This document shows, one piece after another, positions 17,444-24,843 of a stretch of 64,000 nucleotides of DNA. The notes under the pieces were generated by a model. The model did not search any database, was not told the origin of the DNA, and saw only the letters and a list, made by a program, of their open reading frames with translations. Source of the DNA: an uncultured Clostridia bacterium (GTDB lineage Bacteria > Bacillota > Clostridia > Christensenellales > CAG-1252); contig CALYRM010000003.1 of assembly GCA_945482995.1 (NCBI GenBank), forward strand, positions 10,150 to 74,149, in the 5' to 3' direction. Numbering within the stretch: position 1 is the first letter of the stretch; every line of letters starts with the position of its first letter. The position numbers and the translations under genes are program-made.

Positions 17444-19266
17444 TAGAGTGCCTTAATAAGCTTGTTAATAATCTTTTTGCTGTGAGCCATAACGTCCTTG
17501 CCGTATGTCTTATCCAATAAAGCCAAAGTATCTTTAAGAGCGGGCTTGACATAATCTTCAAATCTACCCTCGAGCTTAGCGAAAAGCTTACGGCAGAGCA
17601 TCAAGTCAAGCGCGGTTTCCTTAGTTCCGCCACAAGCGACGAATACAGGAACTATATTTTTGATTTGGTTCAAGATACGGTTACCGACAGTGAGTGAGAA
17701 TGTTTCATAAACATAATCCAAAATGGAAGATAGCTTATTCATATCCTCGCTGTTCATACAGTTGTCGGTGTTCTTTAATGCTTCACTGTACAAAGCGCGC
17801 AAACCGCTACCGGACAAGTTGATGGGGCTAACGTCCTCTTCAACCTCGAACGGCTCGTTGTATTCGTCGAAGTCAATTGTGATGGCACGGTCATAAACCT
17901 TATCAGTAATTGTAAATGTGGAATCGTCCTTGTTTGCCGTTCCAACGAAATAGCTATTTTCGGGGATATTGATATATCCGTCAACAAGTTTCAAAGGTGG
18001 CAAGAAGTCGTTAGGCAAACTTACAATCTTTATTCTCCACTCGGGAACAGGGTATTCCAAGACTGACAATAGGTCAGCGAAGTAATACTCGACTCTCGAA
18101 ATGTTCATTTCATCGAGAACGTAAATGTTGATTTCGTCGCTGTTGTAGTTGGCTTCATAGAGAGATGCCAAGAACTCTGTTTCGGAATAAACCTTTGAAA
18201 ATTCGTTGAAGAATCCCAAGATATTTGATTTATCACGCCAAGTTGCTTGTACGGGCATGAACAAAACCTTACCGTTTACAAAGTGCGCGAAGTAACGAGG
18301 TAGTGAGCTCTTACCTGTACCCGACAAGCCCTCTAAGATTTCGAAGTGTGAAGCTGCAAAACCGCTGACGAAGAATCTAATTGTATCGATATCATAATAC
18401 AAATGTTCTTTCTTGCTTAGGTATTGTCTGAATTGTAAACATAATTGATCGAGTGAAATATCGTCGCTAACTAATGGTTTAGCGTCAAAGGCTTCAAATT
18501 TAACGTCTATTTTGCTAAGCTCGGGAAATACCTTTTCTCTCTCTTCTAAACCGGTTGAGCGAGCAATAACTTCTCCTGTGCCGTCACTGAGAGCACCGCC
18601 GACGCCTGCAACTCCGCCTTGAATGTTAGCGTTGTTGTTTTGAGTGTTACTGTTTACGTTAGCGTTTTCGTCACTGCCGAAACTTGAAGCAACGTCCATA
18701 TCTCTTATATCGTCGTCATCAAATACAGGCTCGTCCTCTTTGTTGAAAAACTTAAAAGGTTTGCCGACTTTTACGAAGTTTACAACCAACATTACAACCG
18801 AGCCAATTGCTGCAAAACCGATTACGTATACCAATAAAGCAATACCCAAGGTTTGTCCGACAAATGTTAAAACTCTTACAATGTTTTCACCGTTCAATGG
18901 CTTTTGGATGACGATGCCCAAACCCCATGATAGAAGAATACAGCCAAGAGCAATAGCGACATAAATCCCAATCATTTTGAGTGAGAAGGGCTTTTTGCCT
19001 GCAATTGAAGCACTACGCCTTGCATATGTGAATGCTAATGCGAAAATAAAGAAATAAATTGCAACAAGCATTAAGCAAATATAACCGCCAATCTTAGCTT
19101 CGATGGGTTGCATATTTAGCCCATTTGCGAGCATATTGATTATATTTTTCTCGGGGAAAATTGTGTGGGCAGCGTCAACACAGCACCCCACATACATTGC
19201 AACAAATGAAAAGATTGCAATTAGAGCCAAAAAAATCAAATTCTTTCTTGTAAATACCGTAAACAT
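17443..19266 (-). CDS. McrB-family AAA+ GTPase with an N-terminal four-helix transmembrane domain
   Basis: 607 aa. Residues ~1-170 form four hydrophobic helices, followed by an Asp/Asn-rich linker. Walker A GLSGTGKS. Walker B plus McrB signature YVLDEMNISRVEYYFADLLSVLE. VGTANKDDS (NKxD-like). Strong RBS aaggag. Confidence 0.75.
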   Translation of the reverse strand: MFTVFTRKNLIFLALIAIFSFVAMYVGCCVDAAHTIFPEKNIINMLANGLNMQPIEAKIGGYICLMLVAIYFFIFALAFTYARRSASIAGKKPFSLKMIGIYVAIALGCILLSWGLGIVIQKPLNGENIVRVLTFVGQTLGIALLVYVIGFAAIGSVVMLVVNFVKVGKPFKFFNKEDEPVFDDDDIRDMDVASSFGSDENANVNSNTQNNNANIQGGVAGVGGALSDGTGEVIARSTGLEEREKVFPELSKIDVKFEAFDAKPLVSDDISLDQLCLQFRQYLSKKEHLYYDIDTIRFFVSGFAASHFEILEGLSGTGKSSLPRYFAHFVNGKVLFMPVQATWRDKSNILGFFNEFSKVYSETEFLASLYEANYNSDEINIYVLDEMNISRVEYYFADLLSVLEYPVPEWRIKIVSLPNDFLPPLKLVDGYINIPENSYFVGTANKDDSTFTITDKVYDRAITIDFDEYNEPFEVEEDVSPINLSGSGLRALYSEALKNTDNCMNSEDMNKLSSILDYVYETFSLTVGNRILNQIKNIVPVFVACGGTKETALDLMLCRKLFAKLEGRFEDYVKPALKDTLALLDKTYGKDVMAHSKKIINKLIKAL

Positions 19267-19295
19267 TATATTTTCTCCTTATTCAAGAGTTTTTT

Positions 19296-19324
19296 GTTAT
19301 ATTAATTGTCATTTTGACTGGCAA
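19296..19324 (-). promoter_or_regulatory. Sigma-A type promoter TTGCCA-17-TATAAC for the McrB-like operon
   Basis: Reverse complement reads TTGCCA gtcaaaatgacaattaa TATAAC, about 30 nt upstream of the ATG at 19266. Confidence 0.55.
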
Positions 19325-19371
19325 TTTTGAGCCATACCGATGTCACTCTTCGACTACGCCTAAGGATGACA

Positions 19372-20322
19372 TTATATGTTTTCGTCCGTGTTATCCTTTT
19401 TATTTTCTTCGCTTTTCAAGTTCTTGCTAACGTCAACAGAATCTATATGCTGTTTATCAGCATTGTTATAGAGTGCCGTCAATTCGTCGTCGGAGAAGGA
19501 TAATATATTATTTTCGTCTAGGGAAAGCATAGTTAATAGCTTTTCCAAACGGGATTGTCTAAGTTGATATGTTTTATTAAGTGTTATATCCAATATTATC
19601 ATACAAGCAATTAGGGCAATTATAGTAACTATTCCTAGTGGGGATTGTACGAATAATATTATTGCGCCGATAAAGGGAATGTATTTTCCCGTGTATTTAC
19701 CTACTACGTCCTCGGGCGTGGCCTTGTATGAGTCTTCCATATTATTTGAGTCGCCTCGCGTTACAAAACGTGTATACGTTTCGGTTTTTTCGATACGAAT
19801 AATACGGTGAATGATATTGCTACCTTGTGGGTTTTTATATACGATTACATCGTATTGTTTGAGTGTTGTGGGATCTACGTCTTCGATAACAATAAGTGCG
19901 TAGGTGGGGAATTGATTGTTTAGGTTGTTTTCTATTAAATAATCATTGCTCGGATGTTTTTCGCTCATAGAGCCTGATGCAACGACAATTACGCTTTTAT
20001 TGCCAAGTTTCAACCAGCCACATTTGTCAGCTATTGCTAATCCTAAGCATGCCGCGACAACGATAATACCGATTGTAGAAAATATTCTTTTTACAATTTT
20101 TAAGGTTTTTGTTTTCTTCTTTGCTTCGGGTTTGCTTTCCTCTTTAAAGCTTTTTAAAAGCTCCAAATCGTATTCACCATCATCTATATTGTTTTTTGCA
20201 CCCTTCCGATAACGATAAAAAAGGAAGGCGAACAATATAATCAAACCCGCCATAATTACAGAAAGTATCATGATTCCCAAAAGCTGTCGTTTGCTTAGGG
20301 CTAAAAGCAAAGAATTAATCAA
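19372..20322 (-). CDS. Signal peptidase I, archaeal/ER type (SipW-like, S26B), with extra N- and C-terminal segments
   Basis: 316 aa. Catalytic Ser box VVASGSMS, His box NIIHRIIRI, and TRGDSNNMEDS box, in the same order as B. subtilis SipW. C-terminal TM as in SipW, plus a second N-terminal TM and a ~75-aa acidic tail. Confidence 0.8.
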   Translation of the reverse strand: MINSLLLALSKRQLLGIMILSVIMAGLIILFAFLFYRYRKGAKNNIDDGEYDLELLKSFKEESKPEAKKKTKTLKIVKRIFSTIGIIVVAACLGLAIADKCGWLKLGNKSVIVVASGSMSEKHPSNDYLIENNLNNQFPTYALIVIEDVDPTTLKQYDVIVYKNPQGSNIIHRIIRIEKTETYTRFVTRGDSNNMEDSYKATPEDVVGKYTGKYIPFIGAIILFVQSPLGIVTIIALIACMIILDITLNKTYQLRQSRLEKLLTMLSLDENNILSFSDDELTALYNNADKQHIDSVDVSKNLKSEENKKDNTDENI

Positions 20323-20496
20323 AACCCAATCCTACCTTTATTATATATCGTCATCAATGTTCCGTCACTAGACAATAGAATTATCATTCAGACTATAAGA
20401 ATTCCATCCTTGGGATAGTCGAAGGATATCCTCTATATATAAATATATAATCCATATATATAACGTGTTGTGCCATAACAGGGTGTATTGAACGTT

Positions 20497-20522
20497 GGAT
20501 TAAGTGCGAAAGCACTTAATCC
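20497..20522. other. Perfect 11-bp hairpin with GAAA loop and no U-tract, between the 350-aa gene and the peptidase gene
   Basis: ggattaagtgc-gaaa-gcacttaatcc. Smaller hairpins nearby (cgtct-gaa-agacg, atccac-gtaa-gtggat). Confidence 0.6.
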
Positions 20523-20618
20523 TCGGTCCATAACTCGTCTGAAAGACGAATTTTATTGTGTTAGCGTCATCCACGTAAGTGGATTTCAGCTCTCCTTTGG
20601 AGCAGTTTTCTTTCTCTA

Positions 20619-21671
20619 CTACTTAGGTTGTGCTGTGATTACGATAGTATACTTTGGAACTGTAATACTAGCCTCAGCTTTTTCAAGAGCATCGTTTAAG
20701 TTATCGATTTTTTCTGCCTTAGTGTTACCTGCAATGTTTGATAAGGTTTCTAAAGTGCTAAGCTTAATATCACTAGCCTTAACACTACCGCTTGTAACCA
20801 AAGGAGTGCTGGATTCGCCGAATGTATAGCCATCCAAAACGGCACCTGAATTAACGAAGTTTACAAGACGGAGCAATAATTCGGCTTCGGGTAATGTTAA
20901 ACCAGTCACTTCGTAAGACTCTGCACTGTATACAGTGGTATCACGAGAGTCCAATGTTCTGCCTGGGTTGCCAAATCCGAAAGCTTGTCCCCAACCAAAT
21001 CTAACTTCGCCATCGAATACATATGTACTGCCACTGAGTTTGTAGGTGAAGCCCTTATCTGTTATGCCTGTGGAGTCAAGAGTTGTTTCTGTCCCAATAG
21101 TAATCTTTGCTGGCGCAGTTTTGTTTTCTGTGTCGATAACGTAAGTATTTTCCGTGCCTGCTTGCTTCTTGATTGTAGGTAATGGGTTGCCGTCCATATC
21201 TACTGCATAAGACGGAAGTGTGATATAAGCTCTTTCAGAATCGTATGTCCAGTTTTCACTGTTCTTGAAGAAACCTGCAGCATTGATAACTGATTCCGGT
21301 AGTTTAACAGCGAATGTCAATTCACCAACTTTGTCGCCGTTTGAAACGTTTCCGCTAAAAGTGAAGGAAAGGTTTTCGGTGCGATTGTCTACAGTAGCTG
21401 TATGCATGATGTAACCTGTGTTGTCATTCTCTTGAGGAGCGAATACGATATCGTCAACTTTGAGTGAAGATTCTCCGACAAGGTTATCTAAATTGATTTT
21501 GATATCCGCATTGCTTACGGTAACAACGTCAACGTTGCCTTGTTCTTGAACGGTTGAACCGCTTGAAATCATCCAGGCAGCAAAACCTGTTGCAACGAGA
21601 GCGATACAAACGAATATCACTACACCAAACGTAATGGCTTTTCTGCTGAAATTTGAACGTGTTGTTTTCAT
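20619..21671 (-). CDS. Secreted beta-rich protein with SipW-cognate-like signal (GFA-AW junction), putative fibre/accessory subunit
   Basis: 350 aa. N terminus ...FVCIALVATGFAAWMISSGS. Shares C-terminal motifs with the 241-aa neighbour (FGWGQAFGFGNP versus FAWGEKGNP; KYTIVI versus KYQIHL). Confidence 0.6.
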   Translation of the reverse strand: MKTTRSNFSRKAITFGVVIFVCIALVATGFAAWMISSGSTVQEQGNVDVVTVSNADIKINLDNLVGESSLKVDDIVFAPQENDNTGYIMHTATVDNRTENLSFTFSGNVSNGDKVGELTFAVKLPESVINAAGFFKNSENWTYDSERAYITLPSYAVDMDGNPLPTIKKQAGTENTYVIDTENKTAPAKITIGTETTLDSTGITDKGFTYKLSGSTYVFDGEVRFGWGQAFGFGNPGRTLDSRDTTVYSAESYEVTGLTLPEAELLLRLVNFVNSGAVLDGYTFGESSTPLVTSGSVKASDIKLSTLETLSNIAGNTKAEKIDNLNDALEKAEASITVPKYTIVITAQPK

Positions 21672-21720
21672 AGTTTGTTCTCCTTGAGTCTATTATATTT
21701 GTTCAGAGCGTTAATTGTTC

Positions 21721-22446
21721 CTAAGCACCGGTAGATGGAGCAACAGTCTCTAAGTGGATTTGATATTTACCGTCGTTTAATTTACGAACAGCGGAAAGCA
21801 TTGCGCTTGCAGCGGTTGCATTATCTTTTGAATAAGGAAGTCCGTTAAAATATGTGTACGGATTGCCCTTTTCACCCCAAGCAAACGTTATTGTAATCTC
21901 TGCAGTGTAGGTATTGCTTGCAGCAGCTGTAAAATTTTCAGCTGTCAACTCAACGAATAGGTTGTCTGCGCCCCATGCTTCTGCTTCTGCTAGATTTTTA
22001 GTTGTCCCGCCAACTTTCAAAGTTGGGTTTGCTAAATATTTAGCTGTAACAGCACTATTGAAAGCACCTGCTTCAACACCCTTGTATGAAACAGCAACCT
22101 TAAGTTTGTTTCCATTTAGCATTTGTTCTGCTGTAGTTCCGCTAACTGTTGGAGTTAAGGTAACTGTGATTTTTGCTGTCAAGGCATCGGGGGGAACGTC
22201 GGTTGCGGACAACCAACCATAGTTTGTTCCTGCGGGAGCAGCAGCTTTACCGAAAGTGATATTACCACTTGCAGCAGCGGTTGCTGTGTATGTGTAATCT
22301 TTAACTTCGTCTGCTACGAAGCTGCCACCATCAACAGTTTCGTTTACGGGGTTGACGATTAACCAAGCTGCGAAACCAATACCAACTACTGAAGCCAATA
22401 CTAGAATGGCGATGATTGGGATTAAAATTTTCTTAGTTTTTGTCAT
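21721..22446 (-). CDS. Secreted Ala/Thr/Gly-rich protein with SipW-cognate-like signal, putative major fibre subunit
   Basis: 241 aa counted from the ATG at 22446, which has a perfect RBS (aaggagataaaaaaaATG). The ORF-track start at 22512 lacks an RBS. N terminus MTKTKKILIPIIAILVLASVVGIGFAAWLIVNP. Confidence 0.6.
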   Translation of the reverse strand: MTKTKKILIPIIAILVLASVVGIGFAAWLIVNPVNETVDGGSFVADEVKDYTYTATAAASGNITFGKAAAPAGTNYGWLSATDVPPDALTAKITVTLTPTVSGTTAEQMLNGNKLKVAVSYKGVEAGAFNSAVTAKYLANPTLKVGGTTKNLAEAEAWGADNLFVELTAENFTAAASNTYTAEITITFAWGEKGNPYTYFNGLPYSKDNATAASAMLSAVRKLNDGKYQIHLETVAPSTGA

Positions 22447-22560
22447 TTTTTTTATCTCCTTTAAAATTTTGTTTTTGATTTTTTGTTTTTGACGATTTAT
22501 ATCTACACTCATAAGCCTAAAGGCTTACGAAGTGATTAACGAAATATGGCTACAATTTAT

Positions 22561-22644
22561 ACATAATAAAAGGGCGCAAAATCCATGGAATAGCAAATAG
22601 GGCATACAAAAATGCCCATAGCAGGTTTTGGATGTGCGCTCTTT
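22561..22644 (-). terminator. Compound stem-loop with U-tract (terminator/attenuator) between the membrane-protein gene and the 241-aa gene
   Basis: Outer stem 22568-22584 / 22630-44 (aaaagggcgcaaaatcc / ggatgtgcgctcttt). Inner hairpin gggcat-acaaaa-atgccc. On the minus strand it is followed by TTTTATTAT. Confidence 0.45.
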
Positions 22645-22650
22645 GTAAAA

Positions 22651-23148
22651 CTAGATTCTTAATTGACCTAAGGTTAGGTATGTAAAGGAATATGCGGTCG
22701 TAGTTTTGTTATTAAATGTCGGTTGTGTTTCGTGTTTGCAAACACCGGAAATGAAGAAATACAAGAATAAGAAAACTAAAACATGTGATGTAACTACGAA
22801 CATCGCACAAGTAATTGCAGAACCCAAAATCGCATATACGCCCAATAACTGCAAGGAGTACATAACCGAGTGAGTTCCGAAAATAATTTGTAGCATAGAA
22901 ACAATGGTAGAAATAGTTTCATTGCTAAGCACTGAATACAAGAAAGCTCTAAGCGCGGAGAAATTGGTAACAGCAAGAACAACGAGCAAAAGAACTGCCA
23001 AGAATGCGCCTAAGAACGGGCGAACCTTATTAGCAATAATCTTTCTGAATTCTTTGTTTGTTCCTGTGGCTTTTACCGAACGTACAATATATTTTGTCGC
23101 AATATACGTTAGTACGAAGGCAAATATACCTACCAAGTATTTGAGCAT
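22651..23148 (-). CDS. Small polytopic membrane protein, unknown function (first gene of the minus-strand fibre operon)
   Basis: 165 aa with 4-5 hydrophobic helices. No recognisable motif. Confidence 0.5.
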   Translation of the reverse strand: MLKYLVGIFAFVLTYIATKYIVRSVKATGTNKEFRKIIANKVRPFLGAFLAVLLLVVLAVTNFSALRAFLYSVLSNETISTIVSMLQIIFGTHSVMYSLQLLGVYAILGSAITCAMFVVTSHVLVFLFLYFFISGVCKHETQPTFNNKTTTAYSFTYLTLGQLRI

Positions 23149-23465
23149 AGTTTCTCCTTAAATTGCTATTATAAGCTATTGTCATATTAACACATAAAAT
23201 GTCAAAATGCAAGCAATATTCTTAATTTTTTTTATTTCCACTATTTCCCAAATCAAATTTGTTGCAAAAATGTGTCCTCGTTTAAATATTTTATGCTAAA
23301 ATTCAAGCAAAGTTTTAAAGTTATCGTTATATTATATGCGTGCTTTAAATTTAATATTTTAATTAAAATTTAATTTTAAACTTTTGAAAAGCAATAAAAA
23401 TTATTAAAATCTTTTAGTAAAGTACTTAAAATTTGTAAAAAACAACTATTTTTTTAGTATTTTAC

Positions 23466-23494
23466 TTGACAATTTTTATAAGAAATTATATCAT
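23466..23494 (+). promoter_or_regulatory. Sigma-A type promoter TTGACA-17-TATCAT
   Basis: Read directly from the very AT-rich divergent region 23149-23555, about 60 nt upstream of the 233-aa gene (RBS acaggagaaaaaATG). Confidence 0.6.
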
Positions 23495-23555
23495 ATTATT
23501 AATATGGGCGAGTCTACGCTTATGAAGATTTAGACGGGCTAAAACAGGAGAAAAA

Positions 23556-24257
23556 ATGGATAGAAAACTTAACGGAAAGCTGAAAAATTTATATCGAAAA
23601 ATGATTTTCGGTAAGGTGCTAATTGTACTATATATTGTACTTCCAATGCTGTTGGTTGCTACGGGCTTTTCTGCTTGGGTGATTAATACTCCTTCGTTCT
23701 CGGCTGACTTTTACGGCACAACCACTTCGAGTGCGCTTATAGATACTAGTGCATTATTAGAGGTTAAGAAGTTTGAACCCATTGAAGAATTATATTATAC
23801 AGGTCCGGTATCCGGGAATAATCTTCAAAAGCAACTTAATATAGATACGATAATAAATATAAATCCTAATAAAGTAGCGACCATAGCCCGTGAAAGCTCA
23901 AATACAATGTATTTGAAACTTACCTTAATGCTTAAGTCAAACAAGAATAATTCAGATATCTTCACACGTTTTAGCTCTAGTTTTAGCGTTACTAATACTG
24001 TCAATGGTGTAAACATCGAAGAAGTTCCTGCAACGCTAGAAAAGCCTGCAAGTACAAGTTCAACTTACAGTGTAATATACAAACTAATCTTTACTAACGG
24101 AACAAGCTTACCTGATGATTTTAGTTTGACAATTAGTCCGTCGTTTGTTCTATCACCTGAGGGTTACGCAGCGTTTTACGACTATTGTGTCAAAGGCGAC
24201 ATAGCCGAGGATCCATTCGTGCTTGACTTGCGTCTCTCCGAAAGTGCGAATATATAG
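23556..24257 (+). CDS. Secreted protein with SipW-cognate-like signal (GFS-AW junction)
   Basis: 233 aa. N terminus ...VLPMLLVATGFSAWVINTPSF. Ser/Thr/Asn-rich, beta-type composition. Confidence 0.55.
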   Translation: MDRKLNGKLKNLYRKMIFGKVLIVLYIVLPMLLVATGFSAWVINTPSFSADFYGTTTSSALIDTSALLEVKKFEPIEELYYTGPVSGNNLQKQLNIDTIININPNKVATIARESSNTMYLKLTLMLKSNKNNSDIFTRFSSSFSVTNTVNGVNIEEVPATLEKPASTSSTYSVIYKLIFTNGTSLPDDFSLTISPSFVLSPEGYAAFYDYCVKGDIAEDPFVLDLRLSESANI

Positions 24258-24277
24258 GTTGACCAACATCGTACCAA

Positions 24278-24810
24278 TTGTCATCCTGAGCGGAGCGTAG
24301 CGTAGTCGTGAGGATCTCATCCTTGTTAATCGTCGTGTCGAGCGCAGTTGAAGTTAATCGTCATCCTGAGCGGAGTGTAACGGAGTCGTGAGGATCTAAT
24401 TGACAGCACCGCTGTCATCCTGGAAGAGTTGTTCGAGGGACCTCACTACAAGCACCGACTCTTTGCGAAGCATACGGATAGACATTCATGCCATATTGTC
24501 ATTCTGAGCGCAGTCGAAGAATCTCATCCGCATTGACATCCTTGCCCCGATAGACGCCATCTCTACATAAAAGGTCATCCTCAAGCGGAGTGTAACGGAG
24601 TCATGAGGATATAATCCTTGTTCCGTCATGTCGACCGTAGTGGAGACATCTCTAAAACGGGGTAATGAACATTCTTGAGAACAGAACTCAAGCGTTCCAT
24701 ATAAATCACGCAGTCCACAACGAATTGCAATCGTTAGGTCGCAATTCAATTCACGGAGTGCTGCTTCACGAGAATTCATGAAACCAACGGTTTCAATTCA
24801 TTCTGAAAAT
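24278..24810 (+). repeat. Intergenic mosaic repeat array ending in a ~190-nt composite element (24614-24810)
   Basis: Units ttgtcatcctgagcggagcgtagcgtagtcgtgaggatctcatcc, cgtcgtgtcgagcgcagttgaag, cgtcatcctgagcggagtgtaacggagtcgtgaggatct, ctctttgcgaagcatacggatag, ttgtcattctgagcgcagtcgaagaatctcatcc, and others. The composite element is about 95 percent identical to 48797-48987. Confidence 0.9.
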
Positions 24811-24843
24811 CAATAAATATTGATTATATGTAAGAGAAAAAGT

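Noticed and set aside
22447-22512. 22-codon N-terminal extension of the 241-aa gene (ATG at 22512)
   Set aside because: The internal ATG at 22446 is preceded by a perfect aaggag RBS at optimal spacing and yields a standard signal peptide. The upstream ATG has no RBS.
24486-24779. 97-aa minus-strand ORF between the 233-aa gene and the giant gene
   Set aside because: It is composed of mosaic repeat units and the composite element. There is no RBS, and the same sequence recurs non-coding at 48.8 and 58.3 kb.
24820-24843. TTG start at 24820 for the giant gene (ORF-track start)
   Set aside because: It overlaps the end of the composite repeat and adds 8 residues (MIICKRKS) before an in-frame ATG at 24844 that gives a normal n-region. 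Neither start has a strong RBS, so this remains uncertain.
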